A DNA stretch of 64,000 nt from the human T2T-CHM13v2.0 reference genome, Homo sapiens. The stretch is taken from the NCBI RefSeq assembly GCF_009914755.1, contig NC_060933.1. The stretch is one strand, 5' to 3'. Position numbers and translations under genes: made by a program. The notes under the pieces are model-generated. The model was not told where the DNA came from, did no database searches, and saw only the letters and a program-made list of their open reading frames with translations. This document shows positions 11,741-26,100 of this stretch, one piece after another. How positions within the stretch are numbered: position 1 is the first letter of the stretch; each line of letters begins with the position of its first letter.

Positions 11741-14700
11741 TCCATTCCATTCCCTTCCCCTGCACTCGGGTTGATTCCATTCCATTCCATTCCATTACAT
11801 TCCGTTCCATTCCATTCCATTCCATTCGGATTGATTCTATTCAATTCCCTTACACTCCATTACATTCCATTCCATTTGGGTAGATTCCATTCCATTCCAT
11901 TCCATTCCTCTCCATTCCATTGCACTCGGGTTGATTCCATTCCATTCCATTCCATTCCATTCCATTACATTCCATTCCATTACATTACATTACATTACAT
12001 TACATTCCATTGTACTCGGGTTGATTCCATTCCATTGCATTCCTTTCCATTCCATTCCATTCCATTTCATTCCATTCCGTTCCATTCCATTCCATTCCGT
12101 TCCATTCCATTACATTCGGATTGATTCTATTCAACTCCCTTACTCTCCATTACATTCCATTCCATTCGGGTTGTTCCATGCCATTCCATTCCATTCCACT
12201 CCATTCCATTGCACTCGGGTTGATTCCATTCCATTCCATTCCATTCCATTCCATTCCATTCCGGATGATTCCATTCCATTGCATTCCGTTCCATTACATT
12301 CCCCTGCACTCGGGTTGATTCCATTCCATTCCATTCCATTCCATTCGATTACATTCCATTCCAATTCATACCATTCCATTCTATTCCGTACCATTCCATT
12401 CCATTCCATACAATTCCATTCCATTCCATTCCACTCCGTTCCGTTCCGTTCCGTTCCGTTCCATTCCATTCCATTCCATTATATTCGGTTTAATTCCATT
12501 CCATTCCATTCCATTCCATTCTATTCCATTAAATTGCAATCGAGTTGAATCCATTGCATTCCATTCCATTCCATTCCATTCCATTCCGGAAGATTCCATT
12601 CCATTGCATTCCATTCCATTCCATTCCGTTCCATTCCATTCCATTCCATTCCATTGTACTCGGGTTGATTCCATTCCATTGCATTCCATTCCATTCCATT
12701 CCATTCCATTAAATTCCGTTCCATTCCATTCCATTACATTCGGATTGATTCTTTTCAACTCCCTTACTCTCCATTACATTTCATTCCATTCGGGTTGTTC
12801 CATTCCATTCCATTCCATTCCACTCCATTCCATTGCACTCGGGTTGATTCCATTCCATTCCATTCCATTCCATTCCGGATGATTCCATTCCATTGCATTC
12901 CGTTCCATTACATTCCCCTGCACTCGGGTTGATTCCATTCCATTCCTTTCCATTCCATTCGATTCCATTCCATTCCCCTGCACTCGCGTTGATTCCATTC
13001 CATTCCATTCCATTCCATTCCATTCCATTCCATTCCTTTCCGTTCCATGCCATTCCATTCCATTCCATTCCGTTCCGTTCCATTCCATTCCATTCCATTC
13101 TATTCGGGTTAATTCCATTCCATTCCATTCGATTGCAATCGATTTGATTCCATTCCATTCCATTCCATTCCATTCCATTCCATTCCATTCCAGTCCTTTC
13201 CATTCCTTTCCATTCCATTACTGATGATTCCATTCCATTGCATTCCATTCCATTCCGTTCCCCTGTACTCGGGTTGATTCCATTCCATTCCATTCCAATC
13301 CATGCCATTCCACTCGTGTTGATTCCATTCTTTTTTTTCCATTCAAGCTTAATCCATTCCGTTGCATTCCATTCCATTCGATTCCATTCGTTTGCACTCC
13401 GGTTGATTCCATTCCATTGCATTCCATTCCATTCCATTCCATTCCATTCCATTCCATTCCATTCCGTTCCGTTCCATTCCATTCCATTACATTCGGATTG
13501 ATTTTATTCAATTCCCTTACACTCCATTACATTCCATTCCATTCGGGTAGTTTCCATTCCATTCCATTCCATTCCTCTCCATTCCATTGCACTCGGGTTG
13601 ATTCCATTCCATTGCATTCCATTCCATTCCATTCAATTCCATTTCGTTCCATTCCATTCCATTACATTCGGATTGATTCTATTCAACTCCCTTACTCTCC
13701 ATTACATTCCATTCCATTCGGGTTGTTCCTTTCCATTCCATTCCATTCCACTCCATTCCATTGCACTCGGGTTGATTCCATTCCATTCCATTACATTCCA
13801 TTACATTCCATTCCATTCCGGAAGATTCAATTCCATTGCATTCCATTCCATTCCATTCCCCTGCACTTGCGTTGATTCCATTCCATTCCATTCTATTCCA
13901 TTCCATTCCCTTCCTTTCCGTTCCATTCCATTCGATTCCATTCCATTCCATTCCATTCCATTCCGTTCCGTTCCATTCCATTCCATTCCATTCTATTCGG
14001 TTAATTCCATTCCATTCCATTCGATTGCAATCGAGTTGATTCCATTCCATTCCATTCCATTCCTTTCCATTCCATTACGGATGATTCCATTCCATTGCAT
14101 TCCATTCCATTCCATTCCCCTGTACTCGGGTTGATTCCATTCCATTCCATTCCAATCCATGCCATTCCACTCGTGTTGATTCCATTCTTTCCATTCCATT
14201 CAAGTTGAATCCATTCCATTGCATTCCATTCCATTCGATTCCATTCGATTGCTCTCGGGTTGTTTCCATTCCATTGCATTCCATTCCATTCCATTCCATT
14301 CCATTCCATTCCATTCCATCCCATTCCATTCCTTTCCATTCCATTTCATTACATTCAGATTTATTCTATTCAATTCCCTTACACTCCATTATATTCCAAT
14401 CCATTCTGGTTGTTTCCATTCCATTCCATTCCATTTCACTCCATTGCATTGCACTCGGGTTGATTCCATTCCATTCCATTCCATTGCATTCCATTCCATT
14501 CCATTCCGGATGATTCCATTCCATTGCATTCCATTCCATTCCATTCCCCTGCACTCGGGTTGATTCCATTCCATTCCATTCCATTCCATTCCGTTCCATT
14601 CCATTCCATTCCATTCGGATTGATTCTATTCAATTCCCTTACACTCCATTATATTCCATTCCATTGGGGTAGTTTCCATTCCATTCCATTCCATTCCTCT

Positions 14701-17700
14701 CCATTCCATTGCACTCGGGTTGATTCCATTCCATTCCATTCCATTCCATTCCATTCCATTACATTACCTGCCATTCCATTCCGTTCCATTGCTCTCGGGT
14801 TGATTCCATTCCATTGCATTCCATTCCATTCCATTCCATTCCTTTCCATTCCTTTCAATTCCATTCCATTACATTCGGATTGATTCTATTCAATTCCCTT
14901 ACACTCCATTATATTGTATTCCATTCGGGTAGTTTCCATTCCATTCCATTCCATTCCTCTCCATTCCATTGCACTCTGGTTGATTCCATTCCATTGCATT
15001 CCATTCCATTCCATTCAATTCCATTCCGTTCCATTCCATTCCATTACATTCGGATTGATTCTATTCAACTCCCTTACTCTCTATTACATTCCATTCCATT
15101 CGGTTTGTTCCATTCCATTCCATTCCATTCCACTCCATTCCACTGCACTCGGGTTGATTCCATTCCATTGCATTCCATTCCATTCCATTCCATTCCGGAA
15201 CATTCCATTCCATTGCATTCCATTCCATTCCATTCCCCTGCACTCGCGTTGATTCCATTCCATTCCATTCTATTCCATTCCATTCCCTTCCTTTCCGTTC
15301 CATTCCATTCCATTAGATTCCCTTCCGTTCCATTCCATTCCATTCCATTCCATTCTATTCGGGTTAATTCCATTCCATTCCATTCGATTGCAATCGAGTT
15401 AATTCCATTGCATTCCATTCCATTCCATTCCATTCCATTCCATTCCATTCCATTGCATTGTACTCGGGTTGATTCCATTCCATTGCATTCCATTCCATTC
15501 CATTCCATTCCATTCCATTCCGTTCCATTCCATTCCATTACATTCGGATTGATTCTTTTCAACTCCCTTACTCTCCACTACATTCCATTCCATTCGGGTT
15601 GTTCCATTCCATTCCATTCCATTCCACTCCATTCCATTGCACTCGGGTGGATTCCATTCCATTCCATTCCATTCCGGATGATTCCATTGCATTGCATTCC
15701 GTTCTATTACATTCCCCTGCACTCGGGTTGATTCCATTCCATTCCATTCCATTCCATTCGATTCCATTCCATTCCCCTGCACTCGCGTTGATTCCATTCC
15801 ATTCCATTCCATTCCATTCCATTCCATTCCTTTCCATTCCAGTCCTTTCCATTCCATTCCACTCGGGTTGATTCTATTCTATTTGTTTCCATTCCATTCC
15901 ATTCCCTTCCATTCTACTCGGGTTGATTCCATTCCATTCCATTCCACTCCATTCGGTTCCGTTCCATTCCATTCTATTGCATTCCATTCTATTCGGGTTA
16001 ATTCCATTCCATTCTATTCCATTCCATTCCATTCCATTCCATTGCAATGGAGTTGATTCCATTCCATTCCATTCCATTCCGGATGATTCCATTCCATTGC
16101 ATTCCATTCCATTCCATTCCCCTGCACTCGTGTTGATTCCATTCCCTTCCATTCCATTCTATTCCGTTCCATTCCATTCCATTCCATTCCATTCTATTCC
16201 GGTTAATTCCATTCCATTCCATTCCATTCCATTCCATTCCATTCCATTGCAATCGAGTTGATTCCACTCCATTCCTTTCCATTCCATTCCATTGCCTTGC
16301 ATTCCACTCGGGTTGACTCCATTCCCTTCTTTCCCCTCCATTAGATTCCCTTCCATTCCACTCGGAATGATTGATTCCATTCCATTCCATTCCGTTTCAT
16401 TCCATTGCAATCCATTCCAATCCATTCCATTCCATTCCATTCCACTCGAGTTGACTTCATTCCATTCCTTTCCATTCCATTCCATTCCTTTCCACTCGAG
16501 TTGATTCCATTCCATTCCATTCCATTTAATTCCATTCCATTCCATTCCAATCCGTTCCATTCCATTCCATTCTATTCCATTGCAATCGACTTGATTCCAT
16601 TCCATTCCATTCCATTCCATTCCATTCCATTCCATTCCATTCCATTCCATTCTATTCCATTCCATTCCATTCCATTTTGTTCCAATCCATTCTATTCCGA
16701 ACCATTCCATTCCATTCCATTCCATTCCATTCCATTCCATTCCATGCCATTCCACTCGGGTTGATTCCATTCCTTTCCATTCCATTCCTCTCCATTCATT
16801 TGCACTCGGGTTGATTCCATTCCATTGCATTCCATTCCATTCCATTCAATTCCATTCCATTCCATTCCATTCCGTTCCATTGCTTTCCATTACATTCGGA
16901 TTGATTCTATTCAATTCCCTTACACTCCATTACATTCCATTCCATTCGGGTAGTTTCCACTCCATTCCATTCCATTCCTCTCCATTCCATTGCACTCGGG
17001 TTGATTCATTTCCATTGCATTCCATTCCATTCCATTAAATTCCATTCCGTTCCATTCCATTCCATTACATTCGGATTGATTCTATTCAACTCCCTTACTC
17101 TCCATTACATTCGATTCCATTGGGGTTGTTCCATTCCATTCCATTCCATTCCACTCCATTCCATTGCACTCGGGTTGATTCCATTCCATTCCATTCCATT
17201 CCATTCCGGAAGATTCCGTTCCATTGCATTCCATTACATTCCATTCCCCTGCACTCGCGTTGATTCCATTCCATTCCATTCCATTCCATTCCATTCCGTT
17301 CCATTCCATTCCATTCCGTTCCATTCCATTCCGTTCCTTTCCATTCCATTCCATTCCATTCTATTCGGGTTAATTCCATTCCATTCCATTCTATTGCAAT
17401 CGTGTTTATTCCATTCCATTCCATTCCATTGCATTCCATTCCTTTCGATTCCATTCGATTGCACTCGGGTTGATTCCATTCCATTGCATTCCATTCCATT
17501 CAATTCCATTCCATTAAATTCCATTCCGTTCCATTCCATTCCATTACATTCGGATTGATTCTATTCAATTCCCTTACACTCCATTACATTCCATTCCATT
17601 CGGGTAGTTTCCACTCCATTCCATTCCATTCCTCTCCATTCCATTGCACTCGGGTTGATTCCATTCCATTGCATTCCATTCCGTTCCATTCAATTGCATT

Positions 17701-18739
17701 CCGTTCCATTCCATTCTATTACATTCGGATTGATTCTATTCAACTCCCTTACTCTCCGTTACATTCCATTCCATTCGGGTTGTTCCATTCCATTCCATTC
17801 CATTCCACTCCATTCCATTGCACTCGGGTTTATTCCATTCCATTCCATTCCATTCCATTCCATTCCATTACGGAAGATTCCATTCCATTGCATTCCATTC
17901 CATTCCATTCCCCTGCACTCGCGTTGATTCCATTGCTTTCCATTCCATTCCATTCCGTTCCATTCCATTCCTTTCCGTTCCATTCCATTCCGTTCCATTC
18001 CATTCCATTCCTTTCCGTTCCGTTCCGTTCCATTCCATTCCATTCCATTCCATTCTATTCGGGTTAATTCCATTCCATTCCATTCCATTCCATTCCATTC
18101 CATTCCATTCCAATCGAGTTGATTCCATTCCATTCCATTCCATTCCATTCCACTCCATTCCAGTCCTTTCCATTCCATTCCACTCGGGTTGATTCCAATG
18201 TATTCCTTTCCATTCCATTCCATTCCATTGCAATCGAGTTGATTCCATTGCTTTGCATTCCATTCCATTCCATTCCATTCCGGATGATTCCATTCCATTG
18301 CATTCCATTCCATTCCATTCCCCTGCACTCGGGTTGATTCCATTCCATTGCACTCCATTCCGTTCCATTCCATTCCATTCGATTGTATTCGGGTTAATTC
18401 CATTCCATTCCATTCCATTCCATCACAGTCGAGTTGGTTCCATTCCATTCAATTCCATTCCATTCCATTCCATTCCATTCCGGATGATTCCATTCCATTA
18501 CATTCCGTTCCATTACATTCCCCTGCACTCGGGTTGATTCCATTCCATTCCAATCCATTCCATTCGATTCCATTCCATTCCAATTCTTTCAATTCCATTC
18601 TATTCCGTACCATTCCATTCCATTCCATACCATTCCATTCCATTCCATTCCATTCCGTTCCGTTCCGTTCCGTTCCATTCCATTCCATTCCATTTTATTC
18701 GGGTTAATTCCATTCCATTCCATTCCATTCCATTCTATT

Positions 18740-18830
18740 CCATTCCATTGCAATCGAGTTGAATCCATTGCATTCAATTCCATTCCATTCCATTCCATTG
18801 CAATCGAGTTGAATCCATGGCATTCCATTC
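18740..18830 (+). repeat. 50-bp tandem duplication of the TGCAATCGAGTTGAATCC module
   Basis: The motif occurs at 18749 and 18799. The second copy carries the variant CCATGG (18815-18820). Confidence 0.8.
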
Positions 18831-20019
18831 CATTCCATTCCGGAAGATTCCATTCCATTGCATTCCATTCCATTCCCCTGCACTCGCGTTGATTCCATTC
18901 CATTCCATTCCATTCCATTCCATTCCATTCCGTTCCGTTCCGTTCCGTTCCATTCCATTCCATTCCATTGCGTTCTGTTCCATTCCATTCCATTCCATTC
19001 TATTCGGATTAATTCCATTCCATTCCATTCGATTGCAATCGTGTTGATTCCATTCCATTCCATTCCATTATATTCCATTCCCCTGTACTCGTGTTGATTC
19101 CATTCTTTCCATTCCATTCAAGTTGAATCCATTCCATTGTATTCCATTCCATTCGATTCCATTCGATTGCACTCGGGTTGATTCCATTCCATTGCATTCC
19201 ATTCCATTCCATTCCATTCCATTCCATTCCATTCCGTTCCATTCCATTCCATTACATTCGGATTCATTCTATTCAATTCCCTTACACTCCATTACATTCC
19301 ATTCCATTCGGGTAGTTTCCATTCCATTCCATTCCATTCCTCTCCATTCCATTGCACTCGGGTTGATTCCATTCCATTGCGTTGCATTCCATTCCATTCA
19401 ATTCCATTCCGTTCCATTCCATTCCATTACATTCGGATTGACTCTGTTCAACTCCCTTACTCTCCATTTCATTACATTCCATTCGGGTTGTTCCATTCCA
19501 TTCCATTCCATTCCACTCCATTCCATTGCACTCGGGTTTATTCCATTCCATTCCATTCCATTCCATTCCATTCCATTCCGGAAGATTCCATTCCATTGCA
19601 TTCCATTCCATTCCATTCCCCTGCACTCGCGTTGATTCCATTCCATTCCATTCCATTCCATTCCATTCCATTCCATTCCTTTCCGTTCCATTCCATTCCA
19701 TTCCATTCCATTCCATTCCGTTCCGTTCCGTTCCGTTCCGTTCCGTTCCATTCCATTCCATTCCATTCCATTCTATTCGGGTTAATTCCATTCCGTTCCA
19801 TTCGATTGCAATCGAGTTGATTCCATTCCATTCCATTCCATTCCATTCCATTCTATTCCATTCCATTCCATTACGGATGATTCCATTCCATTGCATTCCA
19901 TTCCATTCCATTCCCCTGTACTCGGGTTGATTCCTTTCCATTCCATTCCAATCCATGCCATTCCACTCGTGTTGATTCCATTCTTTCCATTCCATTCAAG
20001 TTGATTCCATTCCATTCCA

Positions 20020-20115
20020 TTCCATTCCATTCCATTCCATTCCATTACCCTGCAGTCGGCTTGATTCCATTCCATTCCATTCCATTCCATTACCCTGCAG
20101 TCGGCTTGATTCCAT
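20020..20115 (+). repeat. 45-bp tandem duplication of TACCCTGCAGTCGGCTTG
   Basis: The identical private variant (GTCGGC instead of GTCGGG) occurs at 20046 and 20091. Confidence 0.9.
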
Positions 20116-23100
20116 TCCATTCCATTCCATTCCATTCCATTCCGTTCCGTTCCATTCCATTCCATTCCATTCCATTCGGGTTAATTCCATTCCATTCCAT
20201 TCCATTCCAATCGAGTTGATTCCATTCCATTCCATTCCATTCGGTTCCACTCCATTCCAGTCCTTTCCATTCCATTCCACTCGGGTTGATTCCAATGTAT
20301 TCCTTTCCATGCCATTCCATTCCATTGCAATCGAGTTGATTCCATTGCTTTGCATTCCATTCCATTCCATTCCATTCCGGATGATTCCATTCCATTGCAT
20401 TCCATTCCATTCCATTCCCATGCACTCGGGTTGATTCCATTCCATTCCCCTCCATTCCATTCCATTCCATTCCATTACAATCGAGTTGATTCCATTCCAT
20501 TCCATTCCATTCCAGTCCTTTCCATTCCATTCCTCTCAGGTTGATTCCATTCTATTAGTTTCCATTCCATTCCATTCCCTTCCATTCCACTATGGTTGAT
20601 TCCATTCCTTTCCATTCCACTCGAATACATTCCCTCCTATTCCACTCGGAACGATTCCATTCCATTCCATTCCATTCCATTCCATTCCATTCCATTCCAT
20701 TCCATTCCATTCCATTTCGTTCCATTCCATTCTATTCTGTATCATTCCATTCCATTCCATTCCATTCCATTCCATTCCATTCCATTCCATTCCATTCCAT
20801 TGTACTCGGGTTGATTCACTTCCATTGCATTCCATTCCATTCCATTCCATTCCATTCCGTTGCATTCGATTCCATTACATTCGGATTGATTCTATTCAAC
20901 TCCCTTACTCTCCATTACATTCCATTCCATTCGGGTTGTTCCATTCCATTCCATTCCATTCCACTCCATTCCATTGCACTCGGGTTGATTCCATTCCATT
21001 CCATTCCATTCCAGTCCATTCCGTATGATTCCATTCCATTGCATTCCGTTCCATTACATTCCCCTGCACTCGCGTTGATTCCATTCCATTCCATTCAATT
21101 CCTTTCCATTACAATTCGTTCCATTCCATTCTATTCCGTACCATTCCATTCCATTCCATACCATTCCATTCCATTGCATTCCATTCCATTCCATTCCGTT
21201 CCATTCCGTTCCATTCCATTCCATTCCATTCTATTCGAATTAATTCCATTCCATTCCATTCTATTCCATTCCATTGCAATCGAGTTGAATCCATTGCATT
21301 TCATTCCATTCCATTCCATTCCATTCCATCCCGGAAGATTCCATTCCATTGCAATCCATTCCATTCCATTCCCCTGCACTCGCGTTGATTCCATTCCATT
21401 CCATTCCATTCCATTCCGTTCCGTTCCATTCCATTCCATTCCATTCCATTCCGTTCCGTTCCATTCCATTCCATTCCATTCTATTCGGGTTAATTCCATT
21501 CCATTCCATTCGATTGCAATCGAGTTGATTCCATTCCATTCCATTCCATTCCATTCCATTCCATTCCATTCCATTCCTTTCCATTCCATTACGGATGATT
21601 CCATTCCATTGCATTCCATTCCATTCCATTCCCCTGTACTCGGGTTGATTCCATTCCATTCCATTCCAATCCATGCCATTCCACTCGTGTTGATTCCATT
21701 CTTTCCATTCCATTCAAGTTGAATCCATTCCATTGCATTCCATTCCATTCGATTCCATTCGATTGCACTCGGGTTGATTCCATTCCATTGCATTACATTC
21801 CATTGCATTCCATTCCATTCCATTCCATTCCATTCCGTTCCATTCCATTCCATTCCATTCGGATTGATTCTATTCAATTCCCTTACACTCCATTACATTC
21901 CATTCCATTCGGGTAGTTTCCATTCCATTCCATTCCATTCCTCTCCATTCCATTGCACTCGGGTTGATTCCATTCCATTCCATTCCATTCCATTCCATTC
22001 CATTGCATTCCATTCCATTCCATTCCATTCCATTCCGGAAGATTCCATTCCATTGCATTCCATTCCATTCCATTCCCCTTCACTCGCGTTGATTCCATTC
22101 CTTTCCATTCTATTCCATTCCATTCCCTTCCTTTCCATTCCATTCCATTCCATTCCATTCCATTCCGTTCCGTTCCGTTCCATTCCATTCCATTCCATTC
22201 TATTCGGTTTAATTCCATTCCATTCCATTCGATTGCAATCGAGTTGATTCCATTCCATTCCATTCCATTCCATTCCATTCCTTTCCATTCCATTACGGAT
22301 GATTCCATTCCATTGCATTCCATTCCATTCCATTCCCCTGTACTCGGGTTGATTCCATTCCATTCCATTCAAATCCATGCCATTCCACTCCTGTTGATTC
22401 CATTCTTTCCATTCCATTCAAGTTGAATACATTCCATTGCATTCCATTCCATTCGATTCCATTCGATTGCACTCTGGTTGATTCCATTCCATTGCATTCC
22501 ATTCCATTCCATTCCATTCCATTCCATTCCATTCCGTTCCATTCCATTCCATTACATTCGGATTGATTCTATTCAATTCCCTTACACTCCATTACATTCC
22601 ATTCCATTCGGGTAGTTTCCATTCCATTCCATTCCATTCCTCTCCATTCCATTGAACTCGGGTTGATTCCATTCCTTTGCATTCCATTCCATTCAATTCC
22701 ATTCCGTTCCATTCCATTCCATTACATTCGGATTGATTCTTTTCAACTCCCTTACTCTCCATTACATTCCATTCCATTCGGGTTGTTCCATTCCTTTCCA
22801 TTCCATTCCACTCCATTCCATTGCACTCGGATTTATTCCATTCCATTCCATTCCATTCCATTCCATTCCATTTCATTCCGGAAGATTCCATTCCATTGCA
22901 TTCCATTCCATTCCATTTCCCTGCACTCGCGTTGATTCCATTCCATTCCATTCCATTCCATTCCATTCCATTCCATTCCATTCCTTTCCGTTCCATTCCA
23001 TTCCATTCCATTCCATTCCAATCCATTCCATTCCGTTCCGTTCCATTCCATTCCATTCCATTCCATTCTATTCGGGTTAATTCCATTCCATTCCATTCGA

Positions 23101-26100
23101 TTGCAATCGAGTTGATTCCATTCCATTCCATTCCATTCCATTCCATTCCATTCCGTTCCATTCCGTTCCATTCCATTCCATTCCATTCCATTCTATTCGG
23201 ATTAATTCCATTCCATTCCATTCCATTCCATTCTATTCCATTCCATTGCAATCGAGTTGAATCCATTGCATTTCATTCCATTCCATTCCATTCCATTCCA
23301 TTCCGGAAGTTTCCATTCCATTGTATTCCATTCGATTCCATTCCCCTGCACTCGCGTTGATTCCATTCCATTCCATTCCATTCCATTCCGTTCCGTTCCA
23401 TTCCATTCCATTCCATTCCGTTCCGTTCCATTCCATTCCATTCCATTCTATTCGGGTTAATTCCATTCCATTCCCTTCGATTGCAGTCGAGTTGATTCCA
23501 TTCCATTCCATTCCATTCCATTCCATTCCATTCCATTCCTTTCCATTCCATTACGGATGATTCCATTCCATTGCATTCCATTCCATTCCATTCCCCTGTA
23601 CTCGGGTTGATTCCGTTCCATTCCATTCCAATCCATGCCATTCCACTCGTGTTGATTCCATTCTTTCCATTCCATTCAAGTTGAATCCATTCCATTGCAT
23701 TCCATTCAATTCGATTCCATTCGATTGCACTCGGGTTGATTCAGTTCCATTGCATTCCATTCCATTCCATTGCATTCCATTCCATTCCATACAATTCCAT
23801 TCCGTTCCATTACATTCCATTACATTCGGATTGATTCTATTCAACTCCCTTACTCTCCATTCCATTCCATTCCATTCGGTTGTTCCATTCCATTCCATTC
23901 CATTGCAATCCATTCCATTGCACTCGGTTTGATTCCATTCCATTCCATTCCATTCCATTCCATTCCATTCCATTCCATTACAATCGAGTTGATTCCATTC
24001 CATTCCATTCCATTCCAGTCCTTTCCATTCCATTCCACTCGGGTTGATTCCATTCTATTAGTTTCCATTCCATTCCATTCCCTTCCATTCCACTCTGGTT
24101 GATTCCATTCCTTTCCATTCCACTCGAATACATTCCCTCCTATTCCACTCGGAACGATTCCATTCCATCCCATTCCATTCCATTCCATTCCATTCCATTC
24201 CATTTCGTTCCATTCCATTCTATTCCGTATCATTCCATTCCATTCCATTCCATTCCATTCCATTGTACTCGGGTTGATTCCATTCCATTGCATTCCATTC
24301 CATTCCATTCCATTCCATTCCATTCCATTCGGTTCCATTCCATTACATTCGGATTGATTCTTTTCAACTCCCTTACTCTCCATTACATTCCATTACATTC
24401 GGATTGTTTCATTCCATTCCATTCCATTCCACTCCATTCCATTGCACTCGGGTTGATTCCATTCCATTCCATTGCATTCCATTCCGGATGATTCCATTCC
24501 ATTGCATTCCGTTCCGTTACATTCCCCTGCACTCGGGTTGATTCCATTCCATTCCATTCCATTCCATTCGATTCCATTCCATTCCCCTGCACTCGCGTTG
24601 ATTCCATTCCATTCCATTCCATTCCATTCCATTCCATTCCATTCCATTCCTTTCCATTCCAGTCCTTTCCATTCCATTCCACTCGGGTTGATTCCATTCT
24701 ATTAGTTTCCATTCCATTCCATTCCCTTCCATTCCACTCTGGTTGATTCCATTCCTTTCCATTCCACTCGAATACATTCCCTCCTATTCCACTCGGAACG
24801 ATTCCATTCCATTCCATTCCATTCCATTCCATTCCATTCCATTCCATTCCATTCCATTTCGTTCCATTCCATTCTATTCCGTATCATTCCATTCCATTCC
24901 GTTCCATTCCATTACATTCCATTCCATTCTACTCGTGTTGATTTCATTCCTTTCCATTCCATTCGGTTTGAAGGCATTCCATTCCATTCCATTCCATTCC
25001 ATTCCATTCCATTCCATTCTATTCTATTCGGGTTAATTCCATTCCATTCGATTCCATTCCATTCTATTCCATTCCATTGCAATCGAGTTGAATCAATTGC
25101 ATTTCATTCCATTCCATTCCATTCCATTCCGGAAGATTCCATTCCATTGCATTCCATTCCATTCCATTCCCCTGCACTCGCGTTGATTCCATTCCATTCC
25201 ATTCCATTCCATCCATTCCGTTCCGTTCCGTTCCATTCCATTCCATTCCATTCCATTCCATTCCATTCCGTTCCGTTCCATTCCATTCCATTCCATTCTA
25301 TTCGGGTTAATTCCATTCCATTCCATTCGATTGCAATCGAGTTGATTCCATTCCATTCCATTCCATTCCATTCCATTCCATTCCATTCCTTTCCATTCCA
25401 TTACGGATGATTCCATTCCATTGCATTCCATTCCATTCCATTCCCCTGTACTCGGGTTGATTCCATTCCATTCCATTCCAATCCATGATATTCCACTCGT
25501 GTTGATTCCATTCTTTCCATTCCATTCAAGTTGAATCCATTCCATTGCATGCCATTCCATTCGATTCCATTCGATTGCACTCGGGTTGATTCCATTCCAT
25601 TGAATTCCATTCCATTCCATTCCATTCCATTCCATTTCATTCCGTTCCATTCCATTCCATTACATTCGGATTGATTCTATTCAATTCCCTTACACTCCAT
25701 TACATTCCATTCCATTCGGGTAGTTTCCATTCCATTCCATTCCATTCCTCTCCATTCCATTGAACTCGGGTTGATTCCATTCCATTGCATTCCATTCCAT
25801 TCCATTCAATTCCATTCCGTTCCATTCCATTCCATTACATTCGGATTGATTCTATTCAACTCCCTTACTCTCCATTACATTCCATTCCATTCGGGTTGTT
25901 CCATTCCATTCCATTCGATTCCACTCCATTCCATTGCACTCGGGTTTATTCCATTCCATTCCATTCCATTCCATTCCATTCCATTCCGGAAGATTCCGTT
26001 ACATTGCATTCCATTCCATTCCATTCCGCTGCACTCGCGTTGATTCCATTCCATTCCATTCCATTCCATTCCATTCTATTCCATTCCATTCCATTCCGTT

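Noticed and set aside
13331-13338. T8 run as a retroelement tail or Pol III terminator
   Set aside because: It is a length-neutral substitution within the standard ATTCTTTCCATTCC module, with no inserted sequence or target-site duplication.
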